This document shows, one piece after another, positions 55,534 to 64,000 of a stretch of 64,000 bases of DNA (within the stretch, counting starts at the first letter, position 1; each line of letters begins with the position of its first letter). The stretch spans positions 1,088,001 through 1,152,000 of the forward strand of contig OZ251219.1 in NCBI GenBank assembly GCA_965240465.1. Direction: 5' to 3'. Below the pieces are notes generated by a model. It did not search any database. It had not been told where the DNA came from and was given only the letters and a program-made list of their open reading frames with translations. Made by a program: the position numbers and the translations under genes. The DNA is from a bacterium. Its GTDB lineage: Bacteria > SAR324 > JACQKK01.

Positions 55534-58284
55534 ATGAGTCCAAGAATTAAAGCTACCAAAAGTGGTGCGGGTGATCCGTTTGGATCCTTAAGCAGGCTAA
55601 AGGTCGCCACGGACGATGCTTATTATTATGATTTGGGGGCTTTGGAGCGGGAGGGATTATGTAGCTTAGGGCGGCTACCTTATAGCATTCGGATTTTGTT
55701 GGAGTCAGTATTGCGTCATGCGGGGCGAGGCTTGGTAAGCGAGCAGGATGTGGTTTCATTGGCTGGTTGGTTGCCAGACAAATTACCTCAGGGTGAAATT
55801 CCTTTTATGCCCGTTAGGGTGTTAATGCAGGATTTCACTGGAGTTCCAGCCATGGTGGATTTGGCTAGCATGCGTTCGGCAATGAAGCGTTTTGGTGGTG
55901 ATGCTACTCGCATCAACCCCTTAATTCAGGCTCAGTTGGTGATAGACCATTCCGTGCAAGTGGATGTAGCTGGGAGTTCAGCTGCATTGTTATTTAATGA
56001 GAATCGTGAGTTTGAACGCAATAGGGAGCGGTATTCATTTTTGAAATGGGGTCAGCAGGCATTTGATAATTTTATGGTGGTGCCTCCTTCTACGGGTATT
56101 GTGCATCAGGTTAATTTGGAGTATTTGGCTCAGGTAGTTTGTTTGAGTGATAATTCGGCACATGGAGCTAATGGGAGTGCGTTGGTATTTCCGGACACGG
56201 TATTAGGGATGGATTCTCACACTACCATGGTGAATGGTTTGGGGGTGTTGGGTTGGGGAGTGGGCGGGATTGAGGCAGAAGCAGCTATTTTAGGTCAGCC
56301 TTATTATATGCAACCTTCTGAGGTGGTGGGGGTAAAGTTAGAGGGCGAATTGCAAGCAGGTGTGCTGGCTACAGATTTAGTTTTACGAGTAACTGAGCTG
56401 CTACGGGAGTTGGGTGTAGTGGGTAAATTAGTGGAATTTATGGGTTCGGGCTTAGCCCATTTGAGCTTGCCCGACCGTGCTACGCTAGCCAATATGGCTC
56501 CTGAGTACGGAGCGACAACGGGTTTTTTCCCTGTTGATGAACGGACATTGACATACCTACGCATGACGGGACGCTCTGAGAGTCAGGTAAATCTGGTGGA
56601 ACGTTATTGCAAGCAGCAGCAGTTATTTGCCTCTGTTGAGCAAGAACCGCGGTATAGCGTGTTACTATCTTTGGATATGAGTACGGTAGAGCCATGCTTG
56701 GCAGGTCCCAAGCGACCACAAGATCGCGTTTTATTACGGAACATGAAAGATAAATTCCGTCATGATTTAACAGCTCCCATTGGTAAGCGAGGCTTCGGGC
56801 TAAAAGAAGCAGAACTGAAGAAACAATCCGAAGCCCAGCTGAAGGGGAAATCTTGTACCTTAAAGCATGGTTCGGTGATGATAGCAGCGATTACTAGCTG
56901 TACTAATACTTCTAATCCCACAGTACTTTTTACAGCCGCCTTGCTGGCTAAAAAAGCCTGTGCTTATGGATTGCGTGTACCGACTTATGTTAAAACCAGC
57001 TTGGCACCAGGTTCCCGAGTGGTTACCGACTACTTAGCCAAGGCTGGTTTGACTGCCGATTTAGAAGCACTAGGATTCTACACGGTAGGATATGGATGTA
57101 CTACTTGCATCGGGAATAGCGGTCCCTTGGAGGATTCACTGGTAGCTGCCATTGATGCTCAGCAGTTGGTGACCGCGGCGGTGCTTAGTGGCAATCGCAA
57201 TTTTGAGGGGCGAGTTAATCCTCATACTCAGGCGAATTATTTGGCATCGCCGCCGTTGGTGGTGGCTTATGCTCTGGCGGGTACGGTGGACATCAACTTG
57301 ACTTTTGAAGCCATTGGTTATGGTGAAAATGGAAAACCCGTTTTCCTCCGTGATATTTGGCCGACCACCCAAGAAGTACAAGCAATGGAGCAAAAATATG
57401 TCACTCCAGCTAATTTCATTCAGCGCTATGCGACGGTAGAAGATGGCAATGCTCGCTGGAACAAGGAGCAGGTCTCTGGCAGCCAGCTTTATGACTGGGA
57501 TCCGCAATCAACTTACATCCAAGAGTCCCCCTTCTTTGAGGATTTTTCGCATAAATTACCTCCCTTGCCAGACCTAAACGGCTTGCGGGTGTTGGCATTG
57601 CTAGGGGATTCCATCACTACCGACCACATTTCCCCCGCAGGAACGATCCACCCCGATAGTCAGGCAGGCAGTTATTTGAGATCACTGAATGTTTCTCCTA
57701 CGGATTTTAATTCATTTGGTTCTAGGCGTGGCAATGACCGCGTCATGGTGCGGGGGACTTTAGGCAATATACGATTAAAGAATTTGTTGGTCTCTCCCAT
57801 AGAAGGTAGCGTAACCTGCCACTTTCCCAGTAATGAGCAAATGAGCATCTATGAAGCTACTGAGCTTTATCGTCAAGAAGGTAGGGGCTTGCTGGTGATA
57901 GGCGGTAAGGAGTACGGTTCGGGTAGTTCCCGTGACTGGGCTGCTAAGGGCGTAAGATTGCTGGGCGTAAGAGTGGTGCTGGTAGAATCGATTGAGCGTA
58001 TACATCGTAGCAATTTAGTAGGTATGTGTGTGCTGCCATTGGAGTTTATGGCTGGGGAGAATGCAGAAATCCTCAAATTAACTGGGGAGGAAGTTTATCA
58101 TTTTGAGGGGAACCTAGGGTTGCCTTCCCAAGTAATTAAAGTACGCGCCCAGAGAGCTAATGGAGAGGAAATTATTTTTAAGGCGAAGTCCAGACTAGAT
58201 AATCAAGTAGAGGTTGGTTACTACCAAAATGGTGGGGTGTTACAGACTGTGATGCGTAAGATGTTGGCCGACAAGGTTGTATAA
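55534..58284 (+). CDS. acnA: Aconitate hydratase A
   Basis: QDFTGVP, IDHSVQVD, DSHT, AITSCTNTSNP, GYGCTTCIGNSG, SGNRNFEGR, GSSRDWAAKG. Confidence 0.97.
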   Translation: MSPRIKATKSGAGDPFGSLSRLKVATDDAYYYDLGALEREGLCSLGRLPYSIRILLESVLRHAGRGLVSEQDVVSLAGWLPDKLPQGEIPFMPVRVLMQDFTGVPAMVDLASMRSAMKRFGGDATRINPLIQAQLVIDHSVQVDVAGSSAALLFNENREFERNRERYSFLKWGQQAFDNFMVVPPSTGIVHQVNLEYLAQVVCLSDNSAHGANGSALVFPDTVLGMDSHTTMVNGLGVLGWGVGGIEAEAAILGQPYYMQPSEVVGVKLEGELQAGVLATDLVLRVTELLRELGVVGKLVEFMGSGLAHLSLPDRATLANMAPEYGATTGFFPVDERTLTYLRMTGRSESQVNLVERYCKQQQLFASVEQEPRYSVLLSLDMSTVEPCLAGPKRPQDRVLLRNMKDKFRHDLTAPIGKRGFGLKEAELKKQSEAQLKGKSCTLKHGSVMIAAITSCTNTSNPTVLFTAALLAKKACAYGLRVPTYVKTSLAPGSRVVTDYLAKAGLTADLEALGFYTVGYGCTTCIGNSGPLEDSLVAAIDAQQLVTAAVLSGNRNFEGRVNPHTQANYLASPPLVVAYALAGTVDINLTFEAIGYGENGKPVFLRDIWPTTQEVQAMEQKYVTPANFIQRYATVEDGNARWNKEQVSGSQLYDWDPQSTYIQESPFFEDFSHKLPPLPDLNGLRVLALLGDSITTDHISPAGTIHPDSQAGSYLRSLNVSPTDFNSFGSRRGNDRVMVRGTLGNIRLKNLLVSPIEGSVTCHFPSNEQMSIYEATELYRQEGRGLLVIGGKEYGSGSSRDWAAKGVRLLGVRVVLVESIERIHRSNLVGMCVLPLEFMAGENAEILKLTGEEVYHFEGNLGLPSQVIKVRAQRANGEEIIFKAKSRLDNQVEVGYYQNGGVLQTVMRKMLADKVV

Positions 58285-59887
58285 ATTCCTTGTTGTTACC
58301 GCGGAGATACTGGTTAATAAAATACCGCTGGAACGAAAGCCGATCATGGTCAAACAAGAACTTCAGCGTGCTCTGTTACTGAAAGATAAGCGGGTGTCCT
58401 TACCTGCTATCCAGCTTCCTGCTGATGAAATAACAGCTGAAGCAAGCTGGGAGGCTTATCTTGATTCAGGAGCAGATCTTCTAAAAGATGCCTCGGTGGC
58501 ATTTTTATTACAAGAGAGATGGTTGCCTGCTCCTTGGAGTGATAGCGATCAGCAAGCTATGCAGGAATTGTTGGAGATTCGTCGTTTGGATAATGTCTGG
58601 CAATTGCGGGGAGCTTGTGCCCCTGCTGGTTCATGGCTGATGGATCAATTGCAATTCTTACTCAGGGAGCAGCCTTCTCGGGCATTGGAGGGCGCGGCTA
58701 AGGCGGTGAAGACGGAGGTGGTATCGCCCTTAGAACCGCTGCAGTTGGCACCTTGTTCCATCTCCAAGTTATGGGGTAGGGAGCAATGGTTCACAGGGAT
58801 AGAAGCTCGTGGGGTTTCCCGAGTGGGTTTTGCAAAGAATGCGGTTGCCCTTCCGCATGCCTTGGGTTTGTTGCCTCGGTCTTTGCTAGGTAAGGATGTA
58901 AAAAGCCTTGCCCCTATATTGCTCAAGGTGTTAGAACCTCACCCCGTTGAAGGCTGGGGAGATCTGTACTTGGAGGTACATCAACAAAAATGGGAGGTTT
59001 ATTTGGTGCTGGATGTCAATCAAGAGCGGTGGCAACAAGGTAGGGGCGAGCTACTTTGTGGCATCTCTGAGGAAGCACTCCAAGCTGGCAACGAAGATGC
59101 GATCCGTCAGCAGTTTATAGAGCGTATTCAGGATTATGAGGCAATTCGCCGTACCATAGACGAGGCTTTGGAAGAAGATTTGGCTGGATCAGGAGGCATT
59201 TCTGCGGTTTCCCTTCGGGGGCGTCAGCAGGCTCAGGCTAAGCAGCCCGCAGAGTGGTTAAGGCAAGAGAAACGCATTCGTGCTACAGTTGAACAATTGT
59301 TGCAGGTACACTCTCTGCGTCGCGGCGATGTAGTCACCCTGCCTCCCAAAACCCTCCACTCGCTGAGGGGAGGTATGCGGGTATTGGAGTTTCAGACACC
59401 GACCTATGAGCGACTGATTGCTATGTCTTCCCAAAAAGTGCTTACTCAAAACCACTGGGATACCCAAGCCGCCTTGCAACTAGCCAACATGACACTTCCC
59501 GATAAGACCGTCACCAGTACGCGTTTGGGAACGGACAAACTCACCGCAGGCGACCGACTGATAAGCGATGGTAGTAAGAACACTCAGCTGGCAGATTTCC
59601 CTGAATTCAGGGTTCAGCACTTTATTTTGCCCGCGGGACAGCCAGCCAGCTTTCTTCAGCCTTCCACTTATCAGCTTTTGTTTGTTGCTCACGGACAAGG
59701 CAACATGCATGCTAAATTGCCCGCCACACATTCCACTGATAAAAATCCCTACCCCTTGGAAGCAGGACAAGCTTGGTTGCTACCCGCCCAACAACCCTCC
59801 TTCACATTTGAAGCAATATCCCCCACTCTAGAGCTGGTACTTGCTCAGCCAAAACTCGCTCCCTTAGCTTCAGTGCCGCAAATATAA
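58277..59887 (+). CDS. Cupin protein distantly resembling type I mannose-6-phosphate isomerase
   Basis: K.WG.E.WF, PILLKVL, EVH..K.E, P.TLHSL..G..VLEFQ, second cupin barrel at the C-terminus; start uncertain. Confidence 0.55.
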   Translation: MYKFLVVTAEILVNKIPLERKPIMVKQELQRALLLKDKRVSLPAIQLPADEITAEASWEAYLDSGADLLKDASVAFLLQERWLPAPWSDSDQQAMQELLEIRRLDNVWQLRGACAPAGSWLMDQLQFLLREQPSRALEGAAKAVKTEVVSPLEPLQLAPCSISKLWGREQWFTGIEARGVSRVGFAKNAVALPHALGLLPRSLLGKDVKSLAPILLKVLEPHPVEGWGDLYLEVHQQKWEVYLVLDVNQERWQQGRGELLCGISEEALQAGNEDAIRQQFIERIQDYEAIRRTIDEALEEDLAGSGGISAVSLRGRQQAQAKQPAEWLRQEKRIRATVEQLLQVHSLRRGDVVTLPPKTLHSLRGGMRVLEFQTPTYERLIAMSSQKVLTQNHWDTQAALQLANMTLPDKTVTSTRLGTDKLTAGDRLISDGSKNTQLADFPEFRVQHFILPAGQPASFLQPSTYQLLFVAHGQGNMHAKLPATHSTDKNPYPLEAGQAWLLPAQQPSFTFEAISPTLELVLAQPKLAPLASVPQI

Positions 59888-59959
59888 CAGCCGAGAGTAT
59901 AACAGCCGCAAATATAACAGCCGAGAGTATAACAGCCGCAAATATAACAGCCGAGAATA
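59875..59959. repeat. 15-bp tandem repeat with alternating variants (30-bp higher-order unit)
   Basis: GCCGCAAATATAACA / GCCGAGAGTATAACA alternating, 5 full units plus a partial one; unit 1 holds the upstream stop codon. Confidence 0.93.
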
Positions 59960-59998
59960 CGAGAATATAATACTTCCCAAACTGCATACCAATATTCT

Positions 59999-60958
59999 AT
60001 GTCGCTTCCAAGTCCGCTTTCTGTTCGTTATCCTCCGCCTTTGCAGGCTGGTGACCGAGTAGCCTTGTTTGCACCTGCTTCTCACCAAGGAAAAGAGCCT
60101 CCTGAACGCATCCAGCAAGCCCTAAGCCAGCTGCGTATCTTTGGATTAGTGGTAGGGACGCCGCCAGAGTCTACTCGGTATCTTTATCTTGCGGGAACAG
60201 ACCAAGAACGGGCCGCGGATTTTCAGCGACTTTATCTACAGCCCGATATTAAAGCTCTATTTGCCACCAGAGGTGGTTGGGGTTCCGCCCGCATGCTTGA
60301 TTATCTAGACGCCACTGCCTTGCTGAAAGCACCACCTAAGCATGTCATTGGCATGAGCGACATTACTGCTCTGCTTTGCTGGCTAAGGCGATACGCAGCT
60401 CTGGCTACCCTGCATGCTCCCTGCGTTGCTACCACCCAGCTTATGGAAAGCCCTGATCGCGATGATAATCTCGCCCAGCTTAGGCAGGCACTCTTTCAGT
60501 CGCAGCCAGCCCGAACTTTGGATGCTCGGGTGCTTTATTGTCCGCCAAGTACTCCCCCGTTAATCAAGGGTGAATTGACAGGGGGCTGCCTTTCTGTGTT
60601 GGCAGCAGGGATGGGAACTCCTTGGCAGCCTCACACCAAGAAGACACTTTTATTCCTAGAAGACACAGACGAAGCTCCCTATCGTCTTGACCGCTACCTG
60701 ACTCAGCTACGCCAAGCAGGGGTTTTTGAGGACGTCAGTGCGGTCCTGCTAGGACATTTTCAAAACTGCGATACCCCCCCCCCTACTGGCTTGCTTAAGA
60801 AACTCTGGCAAGATGCCTTCCAAAATGCCCCCTTCCCGATAATCTACCAGCTTCCCGCAGGGCATGGATCAAAAAATTACGCCTTGCCTCTGGGACGTAC
60901 TGTAACAATTAAAGTGCAGACACCAAAACCCGAAGAGCATTGTACGGTTTTGTGTTAA
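59999..60958 (+). CDS. LD-carboxypeptidase (peptidase S66)
   Basis: YLAGTDQERA, RGGWGS, GMSDITAL (catalytic Ser), GGCL, LFLED..E..YRLDR.L.QL, GHG. Confidence 0.92.
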   Translation: MSLPSPLSVRYPPPLQAGDRVALFAPASHQGKEPPERIQQALSQLRIFGLVVGTPPESTRYLYLAGTDQERAADFQRLYLQPDIKALFATRGGWGSARMLDYLDATALLKAPPKHVIGMSDITALLCWLRRYAALATLHAPCVATTQLMESPDRDDNLAQLRQALFQSQPARTLDARVLYCPPSTPPLIKGELTGGCLSVLAAGMGTPWQPHTKKTLLFLEDTDEAPYRLDRYLTQLRQAGVFEDVSAVLLGHFQNCDTPPPTGLLKKLWQDAFQNAPFPIIYQLPAGHGSKNYALPLGRTVTIKVQTPKPEEHCTVLC

Positions 60959-60964
60959 GTCGTT

Positions 60965-61006
60965 CTAAGTTATTCTGGCTAAGTTATTCTGGCTAAGTTA
61001 TTCTGG
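60965..61006. repeat. 14-bp perfect tandem repeat x3 at a convergent junction
   Basis: CTAAGTTATTCTGG x3. Confidence 0.93.
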
Positions 61007-61032
61007 GTTGATAAGGTGGGCGATATTCATCA

Positions 61033-62412
61033 TCAGCTTTTGTTTAGGGCGGTGAGCATTTCTGGCACTGATACAAATTTCTCGCGTGATTTTTGGGGTT
61101 GTCCGCGTTGACATTCTAGGGTATTTAGTTTTTGCCATTCTGGGAAGGTTATGAAACGGATGTTCTTTTTTTTCAGTAGTTGCAGGGGGGAGTTTTGGTC
61201 TGGTGCTGAGGAGGGAAGATTGCAGTTTGATTGCTGAGCGTCTTCTAGCATGGAAGTCACTGTTTCGGCAGCGTCCAGTTTGTTGGTGCCGATAACTCCT
61301 GAGGGGCCACGCTTTATCCAGCCCGCGGTGTAGACTGCCTTTAGGGGTCGGTTGCCTTGTTCGACCCGACCTTTAAGATTAGGGAGGGTACCACTACGGG
61401 CATCAAATGGCAGATCTGCCAAAGGCTGTCCGTGGTAGCCGACTGCCATCAGGGCTAGTTGCAGGGGGATTATTTCTTGGCTATCTAGGGCTTCAACTGT
61501 TCCACTGCCATCAGTTGCCAGCCGATTATGCCCCAGCCGAATGCCTTCCAGCTGATTTTTTCCCAAGAATGCTTGTGGAGAGCATAAAAATCGCAACACC
61601 ACCTTGCGTTGATGACCTACCAAAGCCTTCTTTGCGTGCTGTTGTAACCATTCCAGATTACGCCTAGGGTTCTGCTCTTTTTTCAAACCAGCCAAATTAG
61701 CAGCATCCAATTGAGTATATGACCCATCTACCTCTAAATCAGCGTTACTGAGCTCTGCCAAGCTGCGTAGCTCTGGATTGGAAAAAGAAGCCTGAGCTGG
61801 CCCTCGCCTGCCGATGACGTATATCACCCGTACCCGACTGCGTTTCAACACGGACAAAGCATGAGTGGCAATATCGGTAGTAGCCAACTCTGAAGTGCTT
61901 TTGGCTAAGATACGGGCAACATCCAAAGCGACATTGCCATTGCCGATAACAGCCACCGCTTCTACCTGCTCCAGAGGAAAATCATGCCAGCGATGGTCGG
62001 GATGCCCGTTGTACCAGCCTACAAAATCGGATGCACCGTGGCAGCCTAGTAGGTTTTCTCCTTCAATTCCCAGCGTCCGTGATTGCTCGCACCCGCAGCA
62101 AATGAGTATCTGGTGGTAGCAGAGAAATAAATCGGCAAGGCTTAAATCTTTTCCGAAGCACACATTGCCAAAAAAGCGAAATTCATCTCGTTCCGCAGTG
62201 CGATCAAATAAACGGCTAACGCTTTTTATTTTAGGGTGATCAGGAGCAACCCCTCCTCGCACTAATCCATATGGGGTGGGGAGGCGGTCATATAAATCTA
62301 CCTGCACGGATAGCTCTGCTCGCAACAAGGCTTCAGAAGCATAAAAACCTGATGGACCAGCTCCGATCACGGCTACTCGCAAAGGATTTTCTTTGGTTGC
62401 CAGTTTATTCAT
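61033..62412 (-). CDS. Ferredoxin--NADP+ reductase, adrenodoxin reductase/FprA-like
   Basis: GAGPSGFY, PYGLVRGGVAPDH, FVGWYNGHP, GNGNVALD.AR, GRRGP, GWIKRGPSGVIGTN. Confidence 0.92.
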   Translation of the reverse strand: MNKLATKENPLRVAVIGAGPSGFYASEALLRAELSVQVDLYDRLPTPYGLVRGGVAPDHPKIKSVSRLFDRTAERDEFRFFGNVCFGKDLSLADLFLCYHQILICCGCEQSRTLGIEGENLLGCHGASDFVGWYNGHPDHRWHDFPLEQVEAVAVIGNGNVALDVARILAKSTSELATTDIATHALSVLKRSRVRVIYVIGRRGPAQASFSNPELRSLAELSNADLEVDGSYTQLDAANLAGLKKEQNPRRNLEWLQQHAKKALVGHQRKVVLRFLCSPQAFLGKNQLEGIRLGHNRLATDGSGTVEALDSQEIIPLQLALMAVGYHGQPLADLPFDARSGTLPNLKGRVEQGNRPLKAVYTAGWIKRGPSGVIGTNKLDAAETVTSMLEDAQQSNCNLPSSAPDQNSPLQLLKKKNIRFITFPEWQKLNTLECQRGQPQKSREKFVSVPEMLTALNKS

Positions 62413-62564
62413 GGGTGTAATTTATTGCTGGGACGGGTTATTATTTTCTGGGTACGTGGTAGTTTTGTTTTTCATCGGTATTAGAAATGTGTAAAGGATT
62501 AAGAGCTATCTCGGGAGTGTACTGGCAGCCATTAGGTTTTATCAAATTCAGCGAGGTATAAGAT

Positions 62565-64000
62565 ATGCTCTCTCAGTTGGTTATAACCAATCTAGCCACC
62601 ATAGAACATTTGCAAATAGACTTGCCTACGGGTTTTTTAGTATTCACTGGCGAGACTGGATCAGGAAAATCCATGCTGGTGGATGCCTTACGCTTTGTGA
62701 TGGGTGTACCTGCTGGGGCTGAAAAGCGTCGTAGTGCCAGTGCTGAAACCCAAGTAAAGGCAGTATTCAAGCTAACTCCGACCTCTGAGGCATCCAATTG
62801 GTTGCATACCATGGGAATAGCGGTAAATGGCGAGGTGGTTATTTGCCGCTCTTTGTCGGCTCAGGGGCGTAGTCGTTCGGTGGTGAATGACCAAGTAATT
62901 TCGCAATCGCAGTTGGGCACTTTGGGGGGATACTTGGTGAACATTCACGGTCAGCATGATAATCAATTGCTCCTTCATCCGCGCAATCATGTCAATTTTC
63001 TGGATTCATTTGCCTCCCTGACCGAACTACGAGACCAAGTAACTAAAACCCATCAAGAATATAGCCAACTGATGGAGGAACAAAAAGCCTTGAACGCATT
63101 GCTGAAAGAAAAAGATTGGCGAGAAAAAATGCTGGAAGAAACCGTGGCCGATATTGAATCCGCTTCCCCTCACACAGAAGATGAAGCTAATTTGCGCTCT
63201 GAGCATGCTCGCCTGATGCACTCAGAGCAGTTGCATGCCTATCTGGCATCGGCAGACGATTTTATTTATGAGGGTGAAATCAATGCCTTGCAATTGCTGA
63301 AGCAAGCCCAAAAATGCTTGCAGGATGCTGATCGCCTGGATCAATCGCTACGGGTGGTATCCAAGCATTTGGAACCACTTTGCTGCCAAATCCAAGATCT
63401 GCACCATGAATTAGCCACCTACTTGGGCAAGCTGGAAAATAATCCTTCTCAACTGGAACTTCTCAACGAGCAGCTAGCAAGCGTAGAAAAAATATCTCGC
63501 CGCTATGGTTCACTGGCAGAAGCCCAGCAGAAATTGCAGCAATCCCGCCTTGAGCTAAAGAAGATACAAAACTCAACTCAAGAGCAAGCTCAGCTGGAAG
63601 AACGGATCATCAAGCAAGCTACTAGGCTACATGAATTATCTAGCCAGTTGTCCCAAGTCAGAAAAGAACACGCTTCCAAACTGACCGAAATGGTTAACCA
63701 AGAACTACAAGAACTCGGCATGGAACATGCTTGCTTTGAGATTGATGTTCAACCATTGCGTCCCTCCCAAGCAGAAGACGATAACGGTAAGCCCCGCTAC
63801 AGCCCACGAGGTATGGATGCAGTGGAATTTATTCTTAGTCCCAACCCGGGCTTAGAACCGCGGCCGCTATCTCGGATTGCCTCTGGTGGCGAACTGAGCC
63901 GCGTCATGCTGGCACTGAAAACGGTTCTCGCCCAGGCAGACTTTACCAACACCCTAATCTTTGATGAAGTGGATTCAGGCATCAGTGGTCGGACTGCAGA
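62565..64000 (+). CDS. recN: DNA repair protein RecN (runs off the window end; absent from the ORF track)
   Basis: Own translation: MLSQLVITNLATIE..FTGETGSGKSMLVDAL, IHGQHD, NPG..RPLSRIASGGELSRVMLALK, LIFDEVDSGISG. Confidence 0.95.
   Translation, partial: MLSQLVITNLATIEHLQIDLPTGFLVFTGETGSGKSMLVDALRFVMGVPAGAEKRRSASAETQVKAVFKLTPTSEASNWLHTMGIAVNGEVVICRSLSAQGRSRSVVNDQVISQSQLGTLGGYLVNIHGQHDNQLLLHPRNHVNFLDSFASLTELRDQVTKTHQEYSQLMEEQKALNALLKEKDWREKMLEETVADIESASPHTEDEANLRSEHARLMHSEQLHAYLASADDFIYEGEINALQLLKQAQKCLQDADRLDQSLRVVSKHLEPLCCQIQDLHHELATYLGKLENNPSQLELLNEQLASVEKISRRYGSLAEAQQKLQQSRLELKKIQNSTQEQAQLEERIIKQATRLHELSSQLSQVRKEHASKLTEMVNQELQELGMEHACFEIDVQPLRPSQAEDDNGKPRYSPRGMDAVEFILSPNPGLEPRPLSRIASGGELSRVMLALKTVLAQADFTNTLIFDEVDSGISGRTA

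Noticed and set aside
62573-63982. Four short minus-strand ORFs
   Set aside because: They are antisense to recN, which the track omitted because it lacks a stop in the window.

Overview
Bacterial chromosomal window of about 50 genes, mostly housekeeping (nnr, rpmE, prfA, clpB, thrS, moeA fusion, kdsB, obgE, fabI, queF, dapB, folK, csrA, tRNA-Leu/tRNA-Cys, Fe3+ ABC transporter, Fur-family regulator, thyX, acnA, partial recN). Gene order is scrambled. The gene content suggests a deltaproteobacterial-grade, possibly host-associated lineage, but this is inference only. Accessory items are a ThaI-type restriction-modification pair inside the iron-transporter operon, two paralogous TSP3/GLUG surface lipoproteins (one with Calx-beta repeats), a spondin-domain lipoprotein and a GH15 hydrolase. 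No integrase, transposase, rRNA or CRISPR array was seen. The most unusual signals are: (1) a kilobase-scale sawtooth in strand composition (G/T-rich grading to C/A-rich, then resetting at gene boundaries) that does not follow gene orientation; (2) nine unrelated 13-18 bp minisatellites, several containing stop codons; (3) a three-gene MotA/TolQ/ExbB motor with two divergent ExbD-like partners, lying between an orphan FliN-like gene and thyX, with further orphan flagellar parts elsewhere; (4) two dispersed small paralogous ORFs with a Cas2/VapD-like pattern; (5) a CIRCE operator plus a multi-hairpin leader on hsp20; (6) a candidate structured RNA after the iron ABC ATPase. All calls come from reading motifs by eye; no searches were run.
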